From Candidatus Yanofskybacteria bacterium RIFCSPLOWO2_02_FULL_41_13 (GTDB lineage: Bacteria; Patescibacteriota; Minisyncoccia; 2-02-FULL-40-12; GWA2-44-9), in assembly GCA_001795735.1 (NCBI GenBank), contig MGKQ01000020.1:1-50049 (forward strand): 50,049 bases of DNA, in the 5' to 3' direction. Shown in pieces: positions 18,073-28,480 of the stretch (its first letter is position 1; each line of letters opens with the position of its first letter). The notes beneath the pieces were generated by a model that had not been told where the DNA came from, did not search any database, and saw nothing but the letters and a program-made list of their open reading frames with translations. The position numbers were made by a program, and so were the translations under genes.

Positions 18073-21000
18073 ATGATAATAAAGTTACCCAATTTAGGTG
18101 TATCCCACTGGGATCACAACAAAAACGTTGTGCAGCAACTTATTTTACCAGCACGAGAGCTGGAATTTACTGTCACAGAATTTAACGAGGCTGGTATTAC
18201 TGGCTTTATTCTCCAAGAAGATGGCGAAACCGGGGCTGTGGGTGCCCCGGTTCTTGTTATAAGAGGTATGAAAGAAGGACCGCCCCGTTTTGAAAAAGTA
18301 ATTCAATTTAAGGCTCTCCCGATTATTCTCCCACCCGACCTATCAGATGGGATCTGGGTTAAGCATCCAGAGATTGATCAATTACGATCTAATCCAAGAA
18401 CTCATACGGATATCATTACTTCGTGGCGACAACCCTTCTCTTATCAAGAAGAGGATGTGGTAAACGGAACCCACGGATTGAGGTCTCCGCAAATTGGCGC
18501 ACTTCACGCAATTCATGCTCATTGGATTGTAAGTGAGGATCCTGCAACTGTAGTGATGCCTACGGGAACTGGAAAAACTGAAACAATGTTGTCAGTATTA
18601 GTATCAAAACAGTGCACTAAGGTCTTAGTTATCGTTCCAACCGATGCATTAAGAAGTCAGATTGCTGGAAAATTTTCTTCTTTGGGCATACTAAAAGAGC
18701 TTGGTGTGATTCCTGGTAATCATCATTACCCGATTGTGGGCATGTTAAAGAGTAAACCAGATAGTATTGCTGAGCTCGATCAAATATTTGAACAATCAAA
18801 TGTCATCGTTACAACTATAAATATAGCAGGACAGATGTCGTCTGAACTACAAGAGAGGATGGTCCATCATTGCGAGTATCTTTTTATTGATGAAGCTCAC
18901 CATATAGGGGCCAGAACATGGAAGGAATTAAAAGGAAAGTTTAAAAATAGGAAAATACTTCAGTTTACTGCAACTCCATTTAGAAACGATAATGTAACAA
19001 TCGATGGGAAGATAATTTTTAAATACCCCTTAAAGAAGGCTCTTGAAAATGGATACTTTAAAAAAATCCACTTCAAGCCAGTGAACGAGTTTGATCCCGA
19101 AAAAGTAGATACGGCCATCGCGGAAAAGGCCGTTGCTCAGTTACGGGAGGATCCAATTAATCATATATTAATGGCCAGGGTTGAGACGGTTGCAAGAGCA
19201 GAAGAGGTTTTTAGGATATATGAGCAATATCGAGAGTTTAACCCCGTGCAGATACATTCTGGTATTAAATCAAAAAAGGACCGTGAGCGTGTTCGGCAAG
19301 AACTCCTAACTGGCAGGTCCAGAATAGTTGTATGTGTTGATATGCTCGGAGAAGGTTTTGACCTGCCTGAATTAAAGATTGCAGCTTTTCATGATATTAG
19401 AAAGAGTTTGGCGGTAACTTTGCAACTTGCGGGACGTTTTACCAGATCAAGAGTAGATCTTGGAGAGCCTACATTTATCGCCAATGTAGCGGACGTAGGA
19501 GTAAGAGATGAACTAAGAAAACTTTATGAGCATGATGCAGACTGGAATGTTCTATTAGAACAAAGTAGTGAAGAAGCAATTGGTGGGCAAATATCCCTTC
19601 ATCAGTTTGCTGAAGGATTTGTTGATTTTCCGGCTGATATCCCACTTCAAAATCTTCATCCAGCCACCAGTACTGTAATATATAAAACGAAGTGCACTGA
19701 ATGGAATCCTGATAATTTTGAGCGAGGCATAAAGGGGTTGGGTTCTGTCGATAAAATTTTTCACAGTATAAATCCCCATGCCAACACTCTCGTCATTGTC
19801 ACTGCTAAAAAAGTTCCAGTGGATTGGATTAAGGTTAATGAGGTTTATAACTGGGACTGGGAGCTCTATATTGTTTATTGGAATAGTGAAACGAAGTTGT
19901 TGTTTATTCATAGCTCTAGCAACGCGGGATATTTTCCTACGCTCGCTCAGGCTGTAGCTGGAGCAGATGTCGAGTTGGTTCAAAATAACGATGTCTTTCG
20001 TACTCTTTCGGGAATTAAACGATTACTGCTTTATAATGTTGGCTTAAGAAAACAACTAGGAAGACTCATCCGATATACCATGCAAGCTGGGTCCGATGTC
20101 GAGGCTGGACTTGGAGAAACTGCAAAGAGAAATGTTACTAAATCTAACTTGTTTGGAGGAGGTTATGAACATGGGAAAAGAACAAGTATCGGATGCTCGC
20201 GCAAGGGAAGAATTTGGTCTAGACGTATAGTAAACATCGAAGCGCTAATCGGATGGTTTAACTCTGTGGGTGCTAAAGTTATAGATGAGACTATTGATCC
20301 CGACGAGATTCTAAAAGGAACACTGAAGCCAAAAATCGTGGGATCGAGACCAGCCAAAGTACCAGTCCGAATAGATTGGCCAGAAAAGTTTTATATGGAG
20401 ACAGAAACCGATTTCGCATTTACTTATGGAACCAGGAAAGTTCCTCTTCATATGACCGATATAAACCTTAAAGATATTTCCGATACAGGTAATATAGAGT
20501 TTACTGTTAAGTCAGACAATTACTCTACAAACTTTTCTCTACAACTTACAGAAGTTGATGATGTGCAGGAATACAAGTTTGCTAGGACGGGCGGCGATGT
20601 GGTTAAAATTTACTCAAAAGGTCAAGATATTCCTCTTGAAGAATTTTTCTACTATAACCCTCCAGTTGTATGGTTCGCTGACGGCTCTTCCTTGGAAGGA
20701 AATACGTATACAGAATTAAACTCAGAGCCCATAGCTTTTGCAGACAGTAAAATTGAAGCTTGGAATTGGTCTGGTACCAATATTAGAAGGGAATCGCAAG
20801 GAGTTACTAAGGATCAAGAATCAATCCAGTATAAAGTCATCCAAAAGCTTATCGCTGATGATTCTGAAATAGTGGTAAATGACGATGGTTCCGGAGAAGC
20901 CGCAGATATAGTTGCAGTGCGAGTTGTAGAAACTGAAGGTGGAGATAATTATGTTGAGATAGATCTTTATCATTGTAAGTTTTCAAGCGAAGATACTCCT

Positions 21001-21339
21001 GGTGCACGGTTAAAAGACTTATATGAAGTTAGCGGGCAAGCGCAGAGGAGTTCCTATTGGAGAGAGAATCCTTCCAGGCTTTTCTCGCATCTTATGAGAA
21101 GAGACCCAATGCGGGAGAATGGTCAGGAGGTTAGCCGATTTGAGAAGGGAGACAAAAATGTTCTTCAGAAGATTAGTCGCATGAGTGAAATTATTGAGTC
21201 TCGTATGAATATTTATATTGTTCAGCCAGGAATCTCTAAGGCCAGGATCAGTGAGGAGCAGAAAAAACTTTTGGGTGTTACCGAAAATTACCTGACCGAA
21301 ACATATGAGTTACCTTTTAAAGCAATAGTTTCTGAATAA
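18073..21339 (+). CDS. SF2 (DEAH, ResIII-like) helicase with C-terminal PD-(D/E)xK-like nuclease
   Basis: MPTGTGKT, IDEAHH, TATP, EGFDLP, QLAGRFTR; C-terminal DDGSGEAAD...YHCK; start ATG 18073. Confidence 0.85.
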   Translation: MIIKLPNLGVSHWDHNKNVVQQLILPARELEFTVTEFNEAGITGFILQEDGETGAVGAPVLVIRGMKEGPPRFEKVIQFKALPIILPPDLSDGIWVKHPEIDQLRSNPRTHTDIITSWRQPFSYQEEDVVNGTHGLRSPQIGALHAIHAHWIVSEDPATVVMPTGTGKTETMLSVLVSKQCTKVLVIVPTDALRSQIAGKFSSLGILKELGVIPGNHHYPIVGMLKSKPDSIAELDQIFEQSNVIVTTINIAGQMSSELQERMVHHCEYLFIDEAHHIGARTWKELKGKFKNRKILQFTATPFRNDNVTIDGKIIFKYPLKKALENGYFKKIHFKPVNEFDPEKVDTAIAEKAVAQLREDPINHILMARVETVARAEEVFRIYEQYREFNPVQIHSGIKSKKDRERVRQELLTGRSRIVVCVDMLGEGFDLPELKIAAFHDIRKSLAVTLQLAGRFTRSRVDLGEPTFIANVADVGVRDELRKLYEHDADWNVLLEQSSEEAIGGQISLHQFAEGFVDFPADIPLQNLHPATSTVIYKTKCTEWNPDNFERGIKGLGSVDKIFHSINPHANTLVIVTAKKVPVDWIKVNEVYNWDWELYIVYWNSETKLLFIHSSSNAGYFPTLAQAVAGADVELVQNNDVFRTLSGIKRLLLYNVGLRKQLGRLIRYTMQAGSDVEAGLGETAKRNVTKSNLFGGGYEHGKRTSIGCSRKGRIWSRRIVNIEALIGWFNSVGAKVIDETIDPDEILKGTLKPKIVGSRPAKVPVRIDWPEKFYMETETDFAFTYGTRKVPLHMTDINLKDISDTGNIEFTVKSDNYSTNFSLQLTEVDDVQEYKFARTGGDVVKIYSKGQDIPLEEFFYYNPPVVWFADGSSLEGNTYTELNSEPIAFADSKIEAWNWSGTNIRRESQGVTKDQESIQYKVIQKLIADDSEIVVNDDGSGEAADIVAVRVVETEGGDNYVEIDLYHCKFSSEDTPGARLKDLYEVSGQAQRSSYWRENPSRLFSHLMRRDPMRENGQEVSRFEKGDKNVLQKISRMSEIIESRMNIYIVQPGISKARISEEQKKLLGVTENYLTETYELPFKAIVSE

Positions 21340-21358
21340 TCTGCCAAATGATCAACTA

Positions 21359-21522
21359 TCTTCGACCGCACCAACATTACCCTAGAAGAAACGAATTGGC
21401 GGCTTAGGGCCGATGGAGTACTGTATAAACTCGGCTTCCTAACAGGTCAGTTAAGAGGCGTGGAGGAAGAGGAGGGTCTCCGTAAATTGGTTGAAAAGCT
21501 GGAGAAGAAAGCTAAACCCTAA
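21359..21522 (+). pseudogene. Possible 3' gene fragment (...YKLGFLTGQLRGVEEEEGLRKLVEKLEKKAKP*)
   Basis: Protein-like open frame without a clear start, at the island edge. Confidence 0.3.
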
Positions 21523-21731
21523 ATACCTTCTTTGGCTTGGTAAATGTTACAGTCCCAAAAGGCCGTTTTTATGTAACATTTGTAACATCCTAATTTTGTA
21601 AACCCGACCCACATACCTCAAATTTCCTTCTGGTAAAGTAGCTCAAAAAGCCTTATACTGCCTTGTAACGGTGGGTACTTAACCCACTATCACCGCCAGT
21701 TAGGAAATGAAGTAAAGTTAATAATAATTTT

Positions 21732-22616
21732 ATGAAAAATAGCAGGCCCTATTTGTATGTTTTGTTAGCCTCACTGCTTTGGGCGTCTACGCCGGCAGTT
21801 GTGAAACTCCTGCTGGCTGATTTGAACGTTCTTCAAATCCTATTTTTTAATAACCTCTTTGCCCTTATAGGTCTTGCGGTTGTGACTTTTATCCAGGGCA
21901 AGCTGACTTTAATCAGGGGATACAGTAGAAATGATTATGTTGTTTTTGCCTGGATGGGTTTTTTGGGTGTTTTTCTTTATACCCTTTTTCTTTCTGGAGC
22001 GATTAGTCTTCTAAGGGCTCAGGAGGCGTATATTATAAATTATCTGTGGCCGGTGATGATACTGATATTTGCATCCGTTATTTTAAAAGAAAAAATAACA
22101 AAGCGGAAAATAGTAAGCATCATTTGCTCATTCGTCGGGGTCTCTATTGTCATAACCGGAGGCGATTTATTAAATTTGAAATTTGGCAATTTCTACGGAA
22201 TTTTATTAGCCGTATTCGGAGCGGTTACCTACGGACTTTTTTCTGTAACTGGGAAAAAGCAGGATTATGAGAAATATACCAGCATGACCATCTATTATAT
22301 ATTCGGTTTTGTTTATGCGGTAGTTTCTGTTTTGTTTTTCTCCGAGATTCCCAAAATCTCAATATATCAACTGGCCGGTCTTTTCTGGCTGGGATTTTTT
22401 ACCAGCGGGCTTGCTTTTGTTTTTTGGTTCCTTGCCCTAAAACATGGGGATACGGCCAAAATGTCGAGCATGATTTTTCTTACTCCATTTTTATCTCTTA
22501 TATATATCTATTTTATGATCGGAGAAAAAATACTTTTCTCATCAATCGCGGGACTCGTGATTATAGTCGTTGGAATTCTGATTCAGTCAAAATCGCCTAA
22601 TCCGCGATCTTTTTAG
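21732..22616 (+). CDS. EamA/DMT family transporter
   Basis: About 10 TM helices in two EamA repeats. Confidence 0.9.
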   Translation: MKNSRPYLYVLLASLLWASTPAVVKLLLADLNVLQILFFNNLFALIGLAVVTFIQGKLTLIRGYSRNDYVVFAWMGFLGVFLYTLFLSGAISLLRAQEAYIINYLWPVMILIFASVILKEKITKRKIVSIICSFVGVSIVITGGDLLNLKFGNFYGILLAVFGAVTYGLFSVTGKKQDYEKYTSMTIYYIFGFVYAVVSVLFFSEIPKISIYQLAGLFWLGFFTSGLAFVFWFLALKHGDTAKMSSMIFLTPFLSLIYIYFMIGEKILFSSIAGLVIIVVGILIQSKSPNPRSF

Positions 22617-22710
22617 CGGTGGCGTCGCGCAGTTATTTGCAATTTTTCATTAAAGCGGGTATAAATTTCTAAGCACTCTAAAATACAAATTAAAAAGCAA
22701 GGGTGGCAGT

Positions 22711-23292
22711 ATGACCGAAGTTTTTGAGCACTTAACGGCTATAAGAAACAGAGATTTACCTTCAGGACCCTTTAGGGAGCATAGCCTTGTTCTAGCTGAT
22801 TATTTGACGAACGAACTCTTGAAAAAAGTTCCGGCAGATAAGCATCAAAATATTGTCCCAATTCTTGTTTTTCGCGCCAGTCTGGTATTCTTACCGGCTA
22901 TTTTTAAAAAAATACCGGATTCTCCGATAGGATTTGTGGGTCTAAAACGCGATGAAAAAACGGCTGTAGCTGATAAATATTACAGCCAGCTTCCACCGAT
23001 TTACGAAAATTCGATCGTTGTTATTTTTGATCCCATGCTGGGTACTTGCGGAACGCTTAGGCAGGCCCACCTGGAAGCTTCTAAAAAATTTGAATCAACT
23101 TCAGGATACTTTCTGGGGCGTGAGAATGTTTATTATGTCGGCTTTGTAGCGGCCGAATCAGGTTACCGCAAGGCTCTCAACTTTATATCGAAAAAAAATA
23201 TAATTCTGCTAGCCATTGACCCCGGGCTAGATTCTAGTTACTTTATTGTTCCAGGCCTTGGTGATTTTGGCGACAGGTTCTTCGGAAACTGA
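22711..23292 (+). CDS. upp: Uracil phosphoribosyltransferase (divergent)
   Basis: GLKRDE, DPMLGTCGT PRPP motif, IVPGLGDFGDRFFG. Confidence 0.9.
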   Translation: MTEVFEHLTAIRNRDLPSGPFREHSLVLADYLTNELLKKVPADKHQNIVPILVFRASLVFLPAIFKKIPDSPIGFVGLKRDEKTAVADKYYSQLPPIYENSIVVIFDPMLGTCGTLRQAHLEASKKFESTSGYFLGRENVYYVGFVAAESGYRKALNFISKKNIILLAIDPGLDSSYFIVPGLGDFGDRFFGN

Positions 23293-23388
23293 TGCCCCCA
23301 ATATGGGGCGTTTTTATTTGACACACATATTTTATAGGTGTAGTTTGTGATTAAATCAATGTTCTTTATCAACTAAATAGGAGAGACA

Positions 23389-26300
23389 ATGAGAATACGA
23401 TTAGTGGCTTTAGTCTTAGTATTGATTGCTTTTACGGCTTATCCTGCTGGGGCTCAGCAGCTGGGTCAATTCGGAAAGAACAATGTTCTTTGGAATGGCA
23501 AGATTCTTAATAATTTTTATGAGTCTTATCATTTTGATATTTGGCACGATCTTGATGAAAAAGACCCAGTCCAGCGAGAGAATTTAAGACGGACGGCGGA
23601 TATCCTTGAGGGTGCCTATGTTTGGATGTCGAGTGCTCAAGTTTTTAACTACAATATCAATAAAAGAATTCCGATTCTTTTATATAACACTCACGGAGAG
23701 ATGGAGCAAAGTGGCTTAGTCGGTGGATTCATGCCCGAAGGCATCGGCGCTTTTGTTGAAGATACGAGAAGTCGGATGGTTCTCAAGGCCGACTTTTCAA
23801 AACCGTTATTTCGAGCCATTGGAGTTCATGAATTAGCCCATGAGTTTCAGATCGATATTATGAAAAAAGGAATTATCAGTAGATTAGCTGGACGACCCCG
23901 GGTGCCAAATGGTTATATTGAGGGTTTTGCCGAATATGTTGCTAGTCTTTACAGCCCTCACACAAGGGATGATTTACGAAGAGGGCAAGAAAGAATGGCC
24001 GCCTCGAATCCAAAATCATTGCCGACCTGGTATGACCTAATGACTGATGCTGTAAGCGGCTATACGATGTGGAAGATGGTCTTTGAATTTATTGATGAGA
24101 ACTTTGGCCGCCAAGCCGCCATATATTTTGGTGTTACCGGCCTGAGATATAATCATTTTGGAGAATTAGTATACGATCTTTCCAGGGGACAACTTGGCAA
24201 TCCGGATATTAATTCTGAAAAGTTCGATCAAAAAGCCCGTGCCTACTGGTCCAAGAAATTTGAGCTGGACAGAATTCAGAGGCCCAACCCATACGATCAA
24301 ACCGATAATTTTAAGGGACGTTCGGTTACCCCGTTTACACATCCTTATCCTATCCTTTCTGCTGTGCCATGTTCGGCAGACGGAAAAACAATAGCCGGCT
24401 TTAGTATCCAGAAATACGGCGTTGCCTTGATAGCGTTTGATATTCCTGAGGAAACTCCATACTTGAATCCACAGGCTAGAGATAAAATAGTCAAAGAATC
24501 CAGAAGCAAATCGGCGGCTTTTCCAAAACCGAAAAAACCAATTCGCAATCTGACTCCTCAGCTTCCGCCTGAACCATGGGAGTATTTGGTTGTTCAGGGG
24601 TTTGAAACCTGGCCGTTTAACGGTTCTGATGTGAATTGTTCAAGAGATGGCAGTAGAGCTGTATTTTTCGCCAGAAAGAACAGGGATCATGCTCTGGTCG
24701 TGGTTGATACAAAGACCGATAAGATCACCAGTATTATCGAGTTGCCGTTGGATCAGGCTTTCTCGCCTTTTTTTAGTCCAGATAACGAATGGATATATTT
24801 TTCGGCGGCTGAAAATTCTGTAAGAAATATTTACAAAGTTTGGATTAATAATTCTGGACCGGCTGAAGTGGTTAAAATTACCACTGATGACAGGTTTAGT
24901 ACTGCGCCAGCAGTTTCTCCGGACGGCAGTAAAATAGCCTACATCGGTTATGATGGCGATTACCAGCATTTATTTCTTCACGATTTAGTAAACGGAACAA
25001 CCGAGCAATTGACCTTTGGCCGGTTTAACGACAACTCTCCGAGCTGGTCTGATGACGGCACTCTGCTTGTTTATTCATCCGATTATGATGATCAAATTTG
25101 GAATCTTTATACCATGGAATTGGCGACAAAAACCGTCAGTCAATGGACAAACTTCTTTGGCCAGGTTGATACTCCATTTTTTGGCAAAGGGTCAACCACT
25201 AAGGCTTATTACACGGTTTTCCGAGATGATGATCAGTATGTAAATCAAATTTATCAGAATTTTGAGGTTTTCGAAATCGAACTTTTAAAGCCGATCAGGC
25301 AGTTTGTCTCGGTGAACGTAAACGAATCAAATCAGTTTTCATTTAATCCCTACAAGGATCTTTTCAGATTCGATCTTGACTCTAACCAGATGTTTAATCC
25401 GAAGAAGCCGCCGGAAATGTGGCGTCTCAATACTGCTCAGGCCTCATTTGGAGGTTACAGCTACTACGGTTTTTCTAATCAGGCGTTTTTCCAGTGGTCG
25501 AATATGCTCGAGACAAAAACTCATTCCGCGCTTTACGCTTCGTCTGGCAATTTTTTCAGAATTATGGACTATTCGTATGTGAATCAGGAAGAAAGATTCG
25601 GAAAGCGTTGGCGGGGCTATTCTTACAGACTGCCGCTTTACTACTTCCATTTCTCTTTGCCTGAAGTATATCCGGCTCAGCCGGTTTTGCGGAGCACACT
25701 TTTTGAAGACAAGGGTCTGGAATTTTATTCCAGCTATCCGAAAGATAAGTTTAACCGGATTGAATTATTTTCACGATTAAGAAACAGGACTTACGCGGTT
25801 CTTGGGATTGATGAAGAGGTGATTCAGAATTATCCGGACGACTTTAATGATCGTGATCTGGAGATGTTACGATTCTTCCGAAACTCAAACTCATCGAGTT
25901 TAAGTTTCGGTGCCGCATATGTAAGAGATACGGTTTTATTTTCGAACGGTACTCAAGGGCCGTTTCACGGTAATGCTTTTAGAGCCGAAGTTGAAATTGC
26001 CCCGTCGATTAGCAGTAGTTTTAAGGGCTTTGCTTCAGTAACATTTGACGGAAGAACATATAGGCATATCGGCCAGAGAGTGGTTTTTGCCGGAAGAGGG
26101 ACTGTCTTCAGCTCTTCTCGGGCTAACGGCGATTTTGTTTTAATGGGCGGAGCAGATATGCTTCGCGGAATAACCTATGGGAGCCTGGCCGGCAATCAGA
26201 TTGCTTATGCTAGCGCCGAATTGAGATTTCCTCTTATCGATGTAGTTGCTTTCCCCGGAAGTGTTTTTTTCGGACCGTTCAGGGGTTTGGCTTTTGTTGA

Positions 26301-26451
26301 CGCCGGATTCACTAGATTTAGTGATGAGAGATTTTTTGGCCAGAAAAATAAATCTTTTGGCCTAGGGTTTCAATACTTGCCACTTAACTTTGTCTGGTCA
26401 AATGTTGAGGGCAGGTGGAATAGGCATCTCTACATTACCTATAATTGGTAG
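23389..26451 (+). CDS. Secreted gluzincin-peptidase + TolB/PD40 beta-propeller + Omp85/BamA-type beta-barrel protein
   Basis: Signal peptide; HELAH...EGFAEY; SPDG/PSWS PD40 repeats; MGGADMLRG, SAELRFPL, AFVDAG and terminal ITYNW barrel motifs. Confidence 0.8.
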   Translation: MRIRLVALVLVLIAFTAYPAGAQQLGQFGKNNVLWNGKILNNFYESYHFDIWHDLDEKDPVQRENLRRTADILEGAYVWMSSAQVFNYNINKRIPILLYNTHGEMEQSGLVGGFMPEGIGAFVEDTRSRMVLKADFSKPLFRAIGVHELAHEFQIDIMKKGIISRLAGRPRVPNGYIEGFAEYVASLYSPHTRDDLRRGQERMAASNPKSLPTWYDLMTDAVSGYTMWKMVFEFIDENFGRQAAIYFGVTGLRYNHFGELVYDLSRGQLGNPDINSEKFDQKARAYWSKKFELDRIQRPNPYDQTDNFKGRSVTPFTHPYPILSAVPCSADGKTIAGFSIQKYGVALIAFDIPEETPYLNPQARDKIVKESRSKSAAFPKPKKPIRNLTPQLPPEPWEYLVVQGFETWPFNGSDVNCSRDGSRAVFFARKNRDHALVVVDTKTDKITSIIELPLDQAFSPFFSPDNEWIYFSAAENSVRNIYKVWINNSGPAEVVKITTDDRFSTAPAVSPDGSKIAYIGYDGDYQHLFLHDLVNGTTEQLTFGRFNDNSPSWSDDGTLLVYSSDYDDQIWNLYTMELATKTVSQWTNFFGQVDTPFFGKGSTTKAYYTVFRDDDQYVNQIYQNFEVFEIELLKPIRQFVSVNVNESNQFSFNPYKDLFRFDLDSNQMFNPKKPPEMWRLNTAQASFGGYSYYGFSNQAFFQWSNMLETKTHSALYASSGNFFRIMDYSYVNQEERFGKRWRGYSYRLPLYYFHFSLPEVYPAQPVLRSTLFEDKGLEFYSSYPKDKFNRIELFSRLRNRTYAVLGIDEEVIQNYPDDFNDRDLEMLRFFRNSNSSSLSFGAAYVRDTVLFSNGTQGPFHGNAFRAEVEIAPSISSSFKGFASVTFDGRTYRHIGQRVVFAGRGTVFSSSRANGDFVLMGGADMLRGITYGSLAGNQIAYASAELRFPLIDVVAFPGSVFFGPFRGLAFVDAGFTRFSDERFFGQKNKSFGLGFQYLPLNFVWSNVEGRWNRHLYITYNW

Positions 26452-26466
26452 AAATTAATAATTATC

Positions 26467-26490
26467 AGGACCCTCTTGCGAGGGTCTTTT
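26467..26490 (+). terminator. Intrinsic terminator
   Basis: gaccctc-ttgc-gagggtc followed by T-run. Confidence 0.7.
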
Positions 26491-26537
26491 AATTAGTATA
26501 AGGTAGTTTCAAGATCCTTTACATCTAAGAGGAAAAA

Positions 26538-27152
26538 GTGAGAAAAATCTTACTACTCGTCATATTGCTTATTCCTTGGCCTTGCCGGGCTCAGACTGCA
26601 TCTATTTCGCCTCCGCCAGACTTAAGTGGCTGGAGGGAAGTTTCAAGATCAAGAATAGAAGTTGTTATCTCTGAGTCGTTAAATATTTATATGGGTTTTG
26701 ATATTGAGTATGTCAATCCGGTTAATCCCAACGAGTTTATCAGGGTAATAACAAAGCACAGACCTTCAATTATTAAAGGCCGGAATGCGCCCAACGACCG
26801 GCTTATTTCGGAAGTTGTTCTAAGCCGTTATGCTGAGCGCGACAGAGCCCAAATGACAGAAGAACTTTTTAAGGAAGCTGATCCGGTAATCTGCGTCAAA
26901 TGGCGGATCAAAAAAGATCCTCGGACAGGAAAAGAGATTCAGGATGGCGATATCGAAACCTGGTTCAGGGTTAACAGCGGAGATTGGCTGTTTAACAAAA
27001 ATCAGGAAATAAGAGTGGAATTTTTAACCGAGCATATTGACGGCAAGCTGAACAAGAATATTCTTCTAGGACGAAAATATTCTTTTGCCGGTGTCTATAA
27101 CATATTTAAGCCAAGCCGGAGCGATATCATGTTAGCAATGGAGGCAAAGTAA
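26538..27152 (+). CDS. Secreted hypothetical protein
   Basis: GTG start with AGAGG RBS; N-terminal signal peptide. Confidence 0.7.
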   Translation: MRKILLLVILLIPWPCRAQTASISPPPDLSGWREVSRSRIEVVISESLNIYMGFDIEYVNPVNPNEFIRVITKHRPSIIKGRNAPNDRLISEVVLSRYAERDRAQMTEELFKEADPVICVKWRIKKDPRTGKEIQDGDIETWFRVNSGDWLFNKNQEIRVEFLTEHIDGKLNKNILLGRKYSFAGVYNIFKPSRSDIMLAMEAK

Positions 27153-27153
27153 C

Positions 27154-28398
27154 ATGACCAGAAGGTTAATCTTCTTTGCCTTGATGGTTTCGGCTTTTTT
27201 TTCGGTTAGTATAGTTGAAGCTGCCCCATCGGATAAGAATTGCACAAGCCAGGATGCCGATGCTAAGAAATACTGCAATGATTTTATGGAAAAATATGGT
27301 TTTTTTGTTACTAACCCGGAATTAAAGGATTTAAAATCCCGCCATACTCTTAAGTCAATTGAAGAGTTTGAGGCCGATTTTTGGAAGAAGAGAGACACTG
27401 ATCCCAATACATCCGATAACGAATTCAAGATTTTAATTGACCGGCGTTTATTAGAAATTCAGACAGAGATTCTTACTGTAGATTTTGATATCCCCGGAAC
27501 ACTTTTCTCAAGTACCGGCGGCCTGAAAGGGGATATGGCTCACGTTTATCTTTTCTACGGCATGCCCCATATCAAGCGCAGATTAAGCGGCAATCAGTAT
27601 ATGGCTGATCTGATGACCTGGTACTATTTTGATGAAAATGGCCGGGTTCTGTTCAGATTTTTGTTCATTAATAAACTAGGCCGGGTTTTGCTCTTCGATC
27701 GTCATAATTTCTCGTTCGAGTATAGATTAGAAGCTTTGAGCATGAATATTAATCCTACGGTATATGAACTGCAGATAATTCTGGATTATTTATTTATGCG
27801 TGATCCTGAGAATTTGTTCTATGCTTCAGTTGTAGAATTTTCTTATTATTCCGATATGACGCTTAGTAAGGCCCTTGATCCGCCCGATCCGATATCTCTC
27901 ATTGCCGAGAGAACTAAGCCGCTTGATTTCGGCCAGTCCAATATCCCGAAAGACAAAGAGTTTATTTATGGTAAATTTAAGTCATTTATCGGGGCTAATT
28001 TAGCAATAAACGGAGACAAAACCAACAAGATCTCAATGGAATTAATGGTTTTATATTCCGGTATGGATTGGGAAGTGATTAAAGACAGAGGCCGGGGAAA
28101 TTTTGATCTTCGGATCAGTTTTCAGAACAAAGTTACCAGGGCTATCTCTGAATTTGAGGTCAGGTTCAGTTTTGAAATTGATTTGGCAAAAATCAAGGCA
28201 AACCCAGACAGCTATTTCAGGATTGAGCTTGATGACCTGAAAAATTATAGAAACACCAACGATCCCGAAAATCCTGAAGGGACATTGAAAGACATCACTG
28301 CCAGCATTGAACCGGGTGATTACGTCGTTAACATTGATCTGAGAGACACCTATACCAGAAAATATATGTCTTGGCAGGAGCACATCATTAAAAAGTAA
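27154..28398 (+). CDS. GWxTD-domain-like secreted protein (degenerate motif)
   Basis: FWKKRDTDPNTSDNEF ... GLKGDMAHVYLFYGMP matches the pattern FW..RDP.P.T..NE / GWxTDRG..YI..G.P. Confidence 0.72.
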   Translation: MTRRLIFFALMVSAFFSVSIVEAAPSDKNCTSQDADAKKYCNDFMEKYGFFVTNPELKDLKSRHTLKSIEEFEADFWKKRDTDPNTSDNEFKILIDRRLLEIQTEILTVDFDIPGTLFSSTGGLKGDMAHVYLFYGMPHIKRRLSGNQYMADLMTWYYFDENGRVLFRFLFINKLGRVLLFDRHNFSFEYRLEALSMNINPTVYELQIILDYLFMRDPENLFYASVVEFSYYSDMTLSKALDPPDPISLIAERTKPLDFGQSNIPKDKEFIYGKFKSFIGANLAINGDKTNKISMELMVLYSGMDWEVIKDRGRGNFDLRISFQNKVTRAISEFEVRFSFEIDLAKIKANPDSYFRIELDDLKNYRNTNDPENPEGTLKDITASIEPGDYVVNIDLRDTYTRKYMSWQEHIIKK

Positions 28399-28480
28399 CT
28401 TTTTCTGTTTCGATTCAAGTAAAAAAAGCAGCACTTAAGGCTGCTTTATTTTTTTACGATTTTATTGTAGAATATAAGCT

